DNA from: Chiloscyllium plagiosum
Taxonomy: Eukaryota
Length of the DNA: 64,000 nt
Assembly (NCBI RefSeq): GCF_004010195.1
Contig: NW_025215371.1
Span: 1 to 64,000, forward strand
Direction of reading: 5' to 3'
In this document: positions 53,675 through 64,000 of the stretch, in pieces
How the letters are laid out: the number at the start of each line of letters is the position of its first letter
How positions within the stretch are numbered: position 1 is the first letter of the stretch
The notes under the pieces: generated by a model
What the model saw: the letters and a program-made list of their open reading frames with translations, nothing else
What the model was told of the DNA's origin: nothing
The model's database searches: none
Position numbers and translations under genes: made by a program

Positions 53675-55075
53675 TCCGTCCAGCACAGTGAGCAGTGCAG
53701 TCCACAGCTCTGCAATCATCCATAAACCCGTACGAGATACCTGTTCAGCACCGGGAGCAGTGCCGATCACCACAGTGCATTGATGTATAACGCAGACTAG
53801 ATATGTGAGTTTAGATGAGAGTGACGCTGGAAAAGCACAGCATATCAGGTAGTATCCGAGGAGCAGGAAAATCGACGTTTCGGGCAAAAGCCTTTCATCA
53901 CGAATCGGCGGACCAGATATCTGCTCAGCACAGTGTACTATGCAGAACACAACAGTGCACTGGTCGACAATACTGGAATAAATATCTGTCCAGCAGAGGG
54001 AGCTGTGCAGACTATAGAAGTGCATTGATCTATAAACCCGGACTAGATATCTGTCCAGCACCGGGAGCTGAGAGACGACAGCAGTGCATTGATGTATAAA
54101 CCCGGACTTGATATCTGGACAACACAGGGATCTGTGGAGACCACAGCAGTGCATCAATATATTAAACCGGACTAAATATCTGTCCAACACGGCGAGCTGT
54201 GCAGGCCACAGCAGTGCATTGATCGATAAACACAGACTAGATATCTGTTCAGGACGGAGAGCGAAGCAGGCTACAGTACTGCACTAATCGATAAACCCGG
54301 ATCAGGTATCTATCCAAAACGAGATGGTGTGCCTATCACAGCAGTGCATTGACCTGTAATCCCGGCCTTGATGTCTGTCCAGCACAGGGAGCTATGCAGA
54401 CCACAACAGTGCATTGATTTATAAACCTGAATTAGATATCTGTCCAGAACGGGGAGCTTGCAGGCTACAGTATTGTGCTAATCTATAAACCCGGACTAGA
54501 TATCTATCCAACACGGGAAGCTGTGCAGATGACAGCAGTGCATTGATCTATAAATCCGAATTAGATATCTTACCAGCACAGGGGGCTGTGCACACCAGAG
54601 CAGTGCACTAATTTATAAACCCGGACAAGATATCTATCCTCCACGAGAAGCTGTTCCAATCACAGTAGTACATTGACCCATAAACCCGGAGTAGATATCT
54701 GTCCAGCACCAGGAGCTATGCAAAGCATAGTAGTGTATTGATCTATAAACTTCGACGAGACATCTGTCCAGCACGGGGACTTGTGCAGAACATGGCAGTG
54801 CTTTTAACTATCAACCCAGACTAGATATCTGTCCATCACAAGGAGCAGTCCAGGCCAGAGCAGTGAATTAATCAATAAACCTTGACCAGATATCTGGTTG
54901 CAAGGGGAGCTGTGCAGCCAACAGTAATTCACTGATTCAAAAAAATTAGACTGGATATCTGTCCAGCACCGGAAGGTATGCTGACCAAAGCAGCGTATTG
55001 ATGTATAAACCCGGCCTTGATATCTGTCCAGCAAGGGCAGCTGTGCAGATCACAGCAGTGCATTGATCTATAAAT
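53675..55075 (+). repeat. 65-bp tandem satellite array, about 20 degenerate units
   Basis: Consensus atctgtccagcacggggagctgtgcagaccacagcagtgcattgatctataaacccggactagat. atatct recurs at 53982, 54047, 54111 and 54176. Confidence 0.95.
53815..53905 (-). mobile_element. Penelope-derived short repeat with a hammerhead-like core, inserted in the 65-bp array
   Basis: Minus strand reads attcGTGATGAaaggcttttgcccGAAAcgtcgattttcctgctcctcggatactacc. Confidence 0.75.
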
Positions 55076-55414
55076 AAGAGAACAAAGCACTTTGGAAGAG
55101 ATTGAAATGAATTTCATTTCCCTTGCTCTAATTTTCAATGTTGTTCTTGCACTCTTCCAAATTACAGTGAGAACGGTTTGTAAAGTCCTAAACAAATCCA
55201 GTGGCAGCATACGAGCCAGCAACGGTCATTTTCATCTCCTACTGTTAATACCTGATGGAGGACATTGCAATGAAACAGATAAAACTGCTCTGGGTCTCCA
55301 AAGGCATGGTGTGAATAAGGAAAGAAGAGTGACGTGACCTGAAGTTTGCACAGGGTATAAATGTTCCAGCTGAAACTCCTCTGCTTCGCAAGCACATTGT
55401 GTCTCTGCTTTGTG

Positions 55415-58352
55415 TTCTTAATTCTGGGCTTTATTCTTCGCAAGCTTTTAAATTTTCAAAGTTTCTCCGAAGGGAATGGAGGAGGGGAGTCGCAGAATGG
55501 AGGCTCATGTGGCGAGATGAGGCCTCGAAATTGAAAGCACAGTGCTGTTTGGCGACTGGGTCTGTTGCGGCCTGAAATTGGGTCATGTGTGCCCTGGATA
55601 TTCAGCCTGGTGCAGTCTGGAGACTGGGCTCTGTGCAGACTGGAAGTTAGGCCTATTGCAGCCTGGCGACTGGCCCAGTGCAGCTTGCAGACAGAGTCCT
55701 GGTGACTGTGATCAGTGCCATCTGCAGACTGGATTCCATGTGGTCTGGAGACTGGGCCTGGTACATGCCGAGTATGGCCTGGAAACTGGGCCCGGTGCAG
55801 GCTGGAGACTGGGCATAGTGCAGTCTGATGATTAGGCAGATTGCTGTTGGAACTGGGCCCAGTGCAGCCTGACGCTGGGCCCGGTGTGGCCTGGAGACTG
55901 GCCCCGGCGTGGCCTGGACACTGTGCCCAGTGCAGTAAGTCTAGGCCCGGTCAGCCTGGAGACTGGGCCCAATGTGGTCTGGAGAATGGACCTGATGTGG
56001 TGTGGACACGGTGCCCGGCGTACTGTGTAGACATGCTCTGTTCGACCTGAAGACCAGGACCAGCATGGTATGGAGATTGAGCCGGGTGTGGCTGGGGCAC
56101 TAGGCATGGCGTCATCTGGAGACTTGGCCCAGCGTGGTATTGAATCTGAGCCCACTGTGCCCTGGACTGAGACTACTGAGGTCTGACGTGGCCCGTAGTG
56201 GAGTGGAGATTCTGGAGACAGAGCTCCGTGCGGTCTGGAGACTGTGCCAGGCGCAGTCTGGTGACTCAGCCCAGTGCAGTCTGGAAACTGGTCCCGGTGA
56301 TGTCTGGACATTGGGCGCGGTGCACCTAGGAGACTGGGCACAGCACCGTCTGGAGACTAGGCCCAGGTGGTCTGGAGACTGAGCCCGTTGTGGCCTGGAG
56401 ACTAGCCCCGGTATCGCCTGGAGACTGGACCTGGCGTGGTCTGGAAACTGGGCCGTATGCAACTTGGAGACTGCGCCCTGTGCAGCCTGGAGACTGTGCC
56501 TGGTGCAGTGTAGAGACTTGCCCCGGTGTGTCATGCAGACTGGGTCTGGTGTGGTTTGCAGACTGGGCCCAGAGCGCTGTGGAGACTGGGCCCTGTACTC
56601 CTGCAAACTCGGCCTGGTGCGGCCTGGAGACTGGGTCCGATGCGTCCATTGGACTGAGCCAAGCGTGGCCAGGCAGCTGGACACGGCATAATCAGAAGTG
56701 TCGGCCTGGTGCAGCCTGGAGACTGGGATCACTGAAGTGTGGAGGCTGAGTCTGGTGTTATAGGGAGAGTGAGCTTGGCGTAGTCTGGAGATTGAGCCCA
56801 GTGCAGTCTGGTGACTGAGCTCGTTGCAGTTTCGAAACTGGGCCAGGTTCTGTCTGGAGATTGGGGACGGTGCAGTCTGCAGACTGTACCTGGTGTGGCC
56901 TGGAGACTGGTTTCAGCGTGGTCTGGAGACTGGTCCGTGTGTGGCTGGGAGACTGGGCATGGTGCCGTCTGGAGACTGAGTCGGCGTAGTCTGGAGACTG
57001 GGCCAAGTGGGCCCGGTGCAGTCTTGTGAGCTGAGGAGATTGAGCCTGCTACATTCTGGAGATTGGGCCCACTGTGGTAAGAGACAGAGCCCAATGTGGC
57101 CTGAAGACTGGACACGACATGGCCCACAGATTGGGACCGATGCAGTCTGAAGACAGGGCTTGGTGTGGCCTGGAAACTGGGCCTAGTGAGGCCTGGAAAC
57201 TGAGCCCAGCGTGGTCTGAAGACTGGGCCCAGTGTGGCCTGGAGACTTGCCCTGTTTGACCTACAGACCAGGCCCAGTATGATCTGGAGTTTGGGCCAGG
57301 TGTGGCCAGGACACTGGGCACGCGCCGTCTGGAGACTTGGCGCAGCATGGTCTGGATACTGAGCCCGGTGCGATCTGGAGACTTGCCTCGTAGTGGACTG
57401 GAGATTTGGTCCCGTGTGGTAACACATAGGGCCCACTGTGGCCTGGAGACTGACCCGTCATGGCCTAGAGACTGGGCCCAATGCAGTCTGAATACAGGGC
57501 CTGGTGTGACCTGGAATCTGGGCCTGGTGAGGACTGGAGACTGGACGCAGCGCATTCTGAAACTGGGCCCAGTGTGGGCTGGAGACTCGGCCCGGTGCAG
57601 TCTGGAGACTGGGATCTGCGCGGCCTGAAGATTGACCCCGGCATTTTCTAAAAACTGGGCCCAGTGTGGCCTGGAGAATAAGCCCAGTGCCGTCGGAGAC
57701 TGGGCACAGTGTGGCCTGGAGACTCGGCCCAATGCATCCTGGAGATTGGGCTCGGCATGGTCTGGAGACTGGGCCCGTTGCAGTCTGGAGACTTGACCTG
57801 GTGCTGTCAGGAGACTAGGCACGGTGCGGTCTGGAGACTGGACCAAGTGCAGTCTGGAGACTGCGCCCGGCGTGGTCTGAAGACTGGGCACAGTGCGGCC
57901 TGGAGACTGGGCCAGGTATGCTGTGGAGATTGAGCCTGGTGCAGTCTGGAGACTGGGCCCAGCATGGTCTGGAGACTGAGTCTGGGGTGGTGTGGAGGTT
58001 GTGCCCTTTGCGGTTTGGAGACTGGGCCTGGTGCAGTCTGGAGAAGGGACCAAGCATGGTATGGCGACTGAGTCTGGCGTGGTGTGGAGACTGTGCCCTT
58101 TGCAGTTTGGAGACTGAGCCCAGTGGGGTCTGGAGGCGTGGCCAGGTGTGGTCTGGAGATAGGGCCATTTTTATTTCCATTTTATTATTCAGATGGATTT
58201 TGAGTTGTGATTCTTCCAAATGTATACTAAATACTTCAGAATCTGTACCTGGGTATCTTGTATCTAAGATGGCTACCGCAAATGAAAACCTTGCAAACAT
58301 TCCACTGCATTCATTCGTGTGCATGACACAATGAAGCCATTTCAATTCAAAT
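55415..58352 (+). mobile_element. Putative non-autonomous composite retroelement (T-rich head, 23-bp VNTR, LINE-like 3' tail)
   Basis: Tail ctgtacctgggtatcttgtatctaagatggc...ttccactgcattc...gcatgacacaatgaagcca(ttcaa)2. A related tail lies on the minus strand at 59341-59435. Confidence 0.5.
55545..58165 (+). repeat. 23-bp GC-rich VNTR array, about 110 degenerate units
   Basis: Consensus ctggagactgggcccggtgcagt. ctg(g/a)aga recurs at 57854, 57877 and 57900. Confidence 0.95.
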
Positions 58353-58604
58353 GTGAGGGAGTCACGGTCTTTGATGCCTTTTGCAAATAAAGCTGCTGCT
58401 TATGCAGTGGCATGGGGTTGGGGGGGGGGGGCGGGGTGCAGCAGAAGATGGGTCAACATCAACATCAACAACACAAGAGGGAGAGACAGAGAGTGAGTAG
58501 GTGAGGAGGGATACTTTGATCCTCATTTCAGTGGATTCACTCCCAAAACAAAAGAAACCCAAATGCTCAGATACACAGATGCAGAGATATGCATGTTAGT
58601 AAAG

Positions 58605-58690
58605 CAACGTACACATACACAAACACATTCAAACACAGAAACACACACACACAAAACCATAAATACACAGAGACACAAATACACAAATTC
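58605..58690 (+). repeat. Imperfect (CA)n-rich microsatellite
   Basis: acacatacacaaacacattcaaacacagaaacacacacacacaaa. Confidence 0.7.
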
Positions 58691-58734
58691 CCTCATTCAG
58701 ACATTCAGTCCCTCATACTGGCCTCACCTTTATT

Positions 58735-61392
58735 ACGTCTAGGGAAATAAGGCAGGGCAAGTGACTGAACTGTGAGAGTGGAAGCACTTTGGGACCAGTG
58801 ACCACAATTCTATGAGTTTGTACAGAGCTCTGGAAAAAGATAGATCTGGTCCACAAGTTAACATTATACATTGAGACAAGGCTAATTGTGAAGGTATTAG
58901 GCAGGAACTTTCAAACGGTGATTGGGGCATGTTGTTCACAGATAAAGGGACATCTGACACATACGGGCCTTTGAAACATGAGCTAATGAGAGTTCAGGGA
59001 CATCATGTTCCTGTTAATGTGAAATGCAATGCTCACAGGAGTAGGGAATAGGACATGACAGCCGATATTGAGGCTCTGCTCATTGATAAAGAAGAAGGGG
59101 TATGTCAGGTTTAGGCAGCTGGAATCGAGGGAATCCCTTAAGCATACGGGGTGTAGGGGTACACTTACCAGGGAAATCAGGAGGGCCAAAAGTGGGCGTG
59201 AGATAGCTTTGGCTGGTAAGGTTAAGGAGAATGGAAAGAGATTTTACAAGCATATTGACGGCAAAAGTGAACCGAGGGAGAAAATAGGGCCCCTAAAAAA
59301 ATCAAGCAACTATCCATGTGTGGTTCCACAGGCGATGAATTAGGTTTACTAGGTTTATTGTCGCATGACCTCACATGACGATAGATTCAATTTTACAAGT
59401 CTCCACGTGTAATGCAATCTTATGTACAAAGTCCCCCTCACACCCAATGTGCAGAGTCATGATACAAAGCAAAAAAAGTAAAGGAAACAGAGTTAAAACA
59501 TGAAAAATTACAGCCCTTCCTATAAAGCTGGAAAAACACAGAAACATAGTTCACCGTTCAACAACACAGTCCACAAGTGCCTGGCCATGCTGGATTCACA
59601 CTGCTCACAAGGACTCGACCTCCCCCCAAGCCACACCCCCCACTCTGCTGCCTTACAGCTTGTTCCTGATGGATGGGTGAGGTCCCATCTGAATATATCA
59701 CGTCTATATTTCCTGTGGAGAAAGGTATGGAAGTCAGGGACATTGGGTGAAAGATCCATGTAGTGGTGTTTTGAAACGAGGCCACATTACAGAAGAAGAA
59801 ATGCTGGAGGTCTGAAAATGCATAATCAATAATAAATACCAAGATCTGTTCAAGTGTATCCATGATCGTTGTGGGAATCTGGGGAAGAAACTGGGTGTCT
59901 CCCTGCTGGGATATTTGTATCATGTATCATGTAATTGTGATTTCTCTGCACAGCTGCTGCCTGACCTGCTGATCTTTCCCAGAGCTTTCTGGTTGTTGTT
60001 CCCGATTTAGATAATGTATTTGTGTGATTGACAGGCTGAGGCACTGGAAGAGTGGAAGACAGCTAATATTGCAATATTATTTCGAAAAAAAAGCTGCAAA
60101 GAACCAGGGAACGACAGACTGGTGAATCTGATGTTAGGGGTGCGTAAAATTTCGGAGGAGATTCTGAAAGACAAATCTAAATGCATTTCGAAAGGAAAGG
60201 ACTGATCTTGGATAGCGACTACGGCTTTGTGTGTGCGAAATTGCGTCTCACAAGCTTGAGTGAAATGTTTCAAGAGGTGATTGGGAAGATCAATTAAGGT
60301 AAAGCAGCATGCTTTATCGAGGTGGACCTTTGTGAGACACAACAAGGTTCCACATGATAGGTTGGATCACAGGGGATCAGGGAAAGCGAGCCAATTAGAT
60401 ACAAAATTGGCTTGACTGGAGGAGACAGAGGGTGGTTGGAGATATTTGCTGTGCCACAAGGACCAGTGCAGGGTCCACTGTTGTTTGTTATTTTGATAAA
60501 TTAGTTGGATGAGAATATACGAAGTAAGTTTGTACACTATGCTAGAATTGCTGGTATGATGGACAGTGAAGAAGGATACTAAATGAAAATAAGATCATAA
60601 TCAACTGTGTCAGTGGGCTGAGGTTTGGCAGATGGAGCTTCATGCAGATAAATGTGACGTGTTGCATTTTGGTATACAAACCAGGGCACTGGAGAGTGTT
60701 GTCATTCAGAGAGATCCAGGAGTGCGGGTAGATAGTTCCTTGGAAGTGGATTTGCCGGTTGACAGGGCGTTGTAGAAAGCCGGAGGCACACTTACCTTCA
60801 TCAGTCAAAGCACTGAGTACAGGAATTGGGACATGCTGTGGCTTACAAGAGAATGATAAGTCCACATTTGGAGTACTGAGCACAACTCCTTTCGCTCTGC
60901 AACGTGAAGGATGTTATAAACTGGAAAGGGTGCAAAATATTTAAAATGATGTGACGAAGACTGGAGGATTTGAGATATAAGGACAGCTGGGATAGGCTGG
61001 GAATGTCTCCCCTTTTGCGAAGGAGGCTGCGGATGACCTTATGCAGGGGAACGAAATAATCAGAGGTATGGATAGGGTGAGCAGCCAATGTCTGTTCCCC
61101 AGCGAAGGGGAGTCCAGACCCAAAGGGCACAGGTTAAAAGTGAGATTGGAGAAATTTAAATGGGATCTAAGAGGTAAATATTTCACACAGACCATGTTGT
61201 ATATGTGAAAATGGCACAGGGGTACACAATTACAACATTTAAAAGGCAATTGGATGTGAACATGAATATCAAGGTGAAGAGGGATATGTGCCAAATTCAG
61301 TTAGATAGGCTTAGTTCAGTATAGGAAACCTGGTGCGCATGAACAAGTTGTACCGAGGGTATGTTTGCATATTGTATGACTCTACGACTCTC
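58735..61392 (+). mobile_element. Decayed CR1 LINE (ORF2 to 3' end) with nested insertions
   Basis: LTREIRRAKSGREIALAGKVKENGKRFYKHI (59068-59343), RT remnants at 60040-60700 and a tail gtatgactctacgactct. Confidence 0.88.
59341..59672 (-). mobile_element. Short non-coding insertion with the same type of 3' tail as 58240-58350
   Basis: Minus strand ends ctttgtacataagattgc...cttgtaaa...catgcgacaataaacctagtaaaccta. It splits the CR1 motif ccacaggcgatg|...|gatgggtgagg. Confidence 0.6.
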
Positions 61393-61513
61393 TGCCTCTA
61401 AAACTCTTCTTTCATCGCCAATCCTTTGTTGCCCTCAATTCATTTCTCGCTTGAAAATCCTCTGCAAACATCGAGGTAGTCTTACTTTGTAAAGATAATT
61501 CCTAACATTGATG

Positions 61514-61537
61514 TAGCAGCAGCAGCAGCAGCAGCAG
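61514..61537 (+). repeat. (CAG)n microsatellite
   Basis: tagcagcagcagcagcagcagcag. Confidence 0.9.
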
Positions 61538-61699
61538 AACTGTACTCAACCACAATCTGTAACATTTTGCCCGGGATCATCCCTCAGTCTACCATTACTC
61601 TCAAGCCGATCAGTGAGGAGTGTGAGTGAACATGCCAGGGTCAGAGCCATGTGCACAGAAAACTGATGATAACCCGTTCCAGCGAGCTCATTTGGCTGC

Positions 61700-62310
61700 T
61701 GATGTGGCAAGTGCAGACGAAATGATCCCAAGTCCAACAGATCAGAGCTAAGCTCTGCATTCCTGCCACATTTAGTCACAAATGCTCATGGGCGAATAAA
61801 CAACTTATTGCAGGAGATGGCTCCACAAATATCCCTATCTTAAATAATGGAACAGTCCTGTACATCAGTGTAAAGGACAAGGATGTGGACTGTTCACATC
61901 TTCAGACAGAAGTGTTCGTTCGGACTAACCAAATCACTCTCGCCATGATGCCCACAGAATCACAGATGCCCATCTTCAATTAATTTGATTCGCTGCACGT
62001 GGCATGAACAAACAGTTGAACACAGTAGATATGACAAAGACAATGGGCCCTCACACCATTCCTGCAAAAGGACTGAAGACCTGTGCTGCACAACAAGCAG
62101 TGTCCCTGGGGATCCTGCTTCATTCCAGCTTTAACTCTGGCATCTACCTCGCAATGTGGAAAATTACTCAACTATACAACGTTCCCTAACAGGAGAATAA
62201 TTACAATCTAACCGATTACCACACCCTCAGTCGCATCACGATAATCAAATTGGTGGGATTTCTTTTTGACAGAGCTGCCAAGCAGCACAGAAATAACCAG
62301 CTCAGCGTGG
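61700..62310 (+). mobile_element. Decayed CR1/L2-group LINE fragment (probably the same family as 27220-27865)
   Basis: KTMGPHTIPAKGLKTCA...SGIYLAMWKITQL (ORF 62004-62189) is a pre-RT GPDxIP motif. Confidence 0.75.
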
Positions 62311-63059
62311 TTTCCGATTCGTCCCTATGTGGAGTTTGTTCTGATGTGGAAATGTCACTAAATTACTAATCCAGACCATGATAATGCTCTGGCAGCTGGT
62401 AGAAGTTAAAAACAATGCATAAAATAGCGAGTTCTAAAATCTGGATTCATTAACCTGACGTGACATTGAAGCCAATGCCTATTGTAAACACCAATTTGTT
62501 TCGCCAAAGTACTTTGAGGAAGAAAATCTCCCAGGCCTTCCTGGCCTGGCCTGAAAGTGACACTGGACTCACAGACATGTGATAATCTCTTCAATAGTGT
62601 ACGAACCAGCCAAGAAATACACTTAGTTGTATCAAACTGTTCCGATATCTTAAAAGATAAAACCGGACAGAACACCCGAAATCATCGTCGGAAAATGGAA
62701 TGGGAAAAAGAGTCCTGTAGACTCGCTGATACCTCCTTCCTCACATATGAGAGCTTGTGACAATATATGTAAAGCTTTCCCGCAGACTGCACAGAAACAT
62801 TGCTGTTGTCATTCAAAACATGGAGCCTTCCCGATGTGAGGGTTTATGTGAGAATACCACCTCAATGCACTTTACCCACACAATGTACATACACCTTAAT
62901 ATGATTAACCCCCCTAACAATATAAAATAGAAACTGCATTGATCTCTTTGAACCATTAATTTTCCACCAAATTCAAACCTGATGGCTGATGCTCCATCTC
63001 CACACCATACTCCCGCTCTCTCCCTCCAATGTATAGAATTTTTTTTTACATTCGGATTC

Positions 63060-64000
63060 CACAAACTTATGTGGGAAAGAATTTTCCAGGATCACCAGTC
63101 TCTAAGTGCAGACATTTATTGTCACATCAATACAGAGTGACCTGCCTGTACCTAATACTGTGGCCTCTTGTTTTAGATGTTCCAGTAACACTATCATTCC
63201 GCTCTCTAACCTGTGTCGCCCTGTCAGAGTTTTATATATTTTACTGAGATCTCCAGTCATTTTCATGAAATACAGCCCCAGTCACCCAACACTCTGCTCC
63301 GACAACAAGCCTGTCATCCCAGAGATCAGTCCAGTCATCCTTTGATGCATTCCTTCAATGTTAGGTTTGTCCTTTATTAGGTAAGGAGACCAAAACTGCA
63401 CATAATAATTCACAATGTTGGACATGTTGCCTCAACGAGGCCCTGTACAGCTGCAGCAAGTCACCGTTACTCATGTACTCAAATCCCGTTGAAACCAAGT
63501 TCAACACACCATTTACCTTACTACCTGCTTTCTGTTCCTGCAATGTTGCTTTCAGTGCTTGGTGCACAGGGAGAGACATGTCATTTACAATGTTACATCT
63601 ACCCACTTGGGTCGATATCAACTGGGAAATGTGCCAATGCCATTCCCGGTACTGACTTCTGGCTTCAGAACACACTGCCCTGTACAGACTTCAGAGATCT
63701 AGACAAAAGGAAACAAAAACGGATCATAATTCCCTTTTTCAATCAGCGTGTTCAACCGATCCCTTTTCAAATGGTAGGCTTCCGTTCTACTGTTTTCACC
63801 AAAATACACAGCGGCACATCTAAACAAATTGCTCATCATCTGCCCGTGTTTGCCCATTCAATCCACTTGTCGCAATATCCTTGAAGATGTTTTACACCCT
63901 CCTCACCCACTCACAATCCAACATCATTCAGTGCCATCAGCAGATTTGGGAATACTGCGTTTGATTCACTCAATTAAGTGTTTGAGAACTATTTAGAGTA
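63060..64000 (-). mobile_element. Decayed CR1 fragment running off the window end
   Basis: GFEYMSNGDLLQLYRASLRQHVQHC (ORF 63361-63675). Confidence 0.8.

Noticed and set aside
53675..55075. Possible CRISPR-like array
   Set aside because: The whole 65-bp unit is repeated with scattered substitutions. There are no unique spacers and no cas genes, and the context is vertebrate.
55832..58345. Long ORFs (169-334 aa) as protein-coding genes
   Set aside because: Explained by the stop-free 23-bp consensus. They overlap on both strands and start at non-ATG or incidental codons.
61514..61537. PolyQ or polyA coding tract
   Set aside because: Short CAG run with no surrounding ORF or splice signals

Overview
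Eukaryotic, vertebrate genomic DNA, most likely from a shark or ray (inferred from HE1-type V-SINEs, HER1/CR1 LINEs and Penelope-derived short repeats). It contains three assembly gaps (151-782, 25529-25555, 52634-53133). Most of the window is nested, decayed retrotransposon sequence: many CR1 copies including one near-full-length element at about 29.9-34.3 kb, an L1/Tx1-clade element, SINEs and Penelope fragments. I found no intact protein-coding gene. Non-TE content comprises a decayed C2H2 zinc-finger gene with a compact NRF1/CRE/Sp1 promoter upstream, decayed genomic exons from the CEP350 C-terminus (two of them copied by a 5.2-kb tandem duplication), and an unidentified exon-like segment present twice through an old segmental duplication. 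The right end carries two adjacent tandem arrays with 65-bp and 23-bp units. The 23-bp array appears to sit inside a non-coding element with a LINE-like 3' tail (SVA-like architecture), which is the most novel-looking structure here. Element boundaries were read by eye and are approximate. Family names and homologies come from recognition, not database searches.
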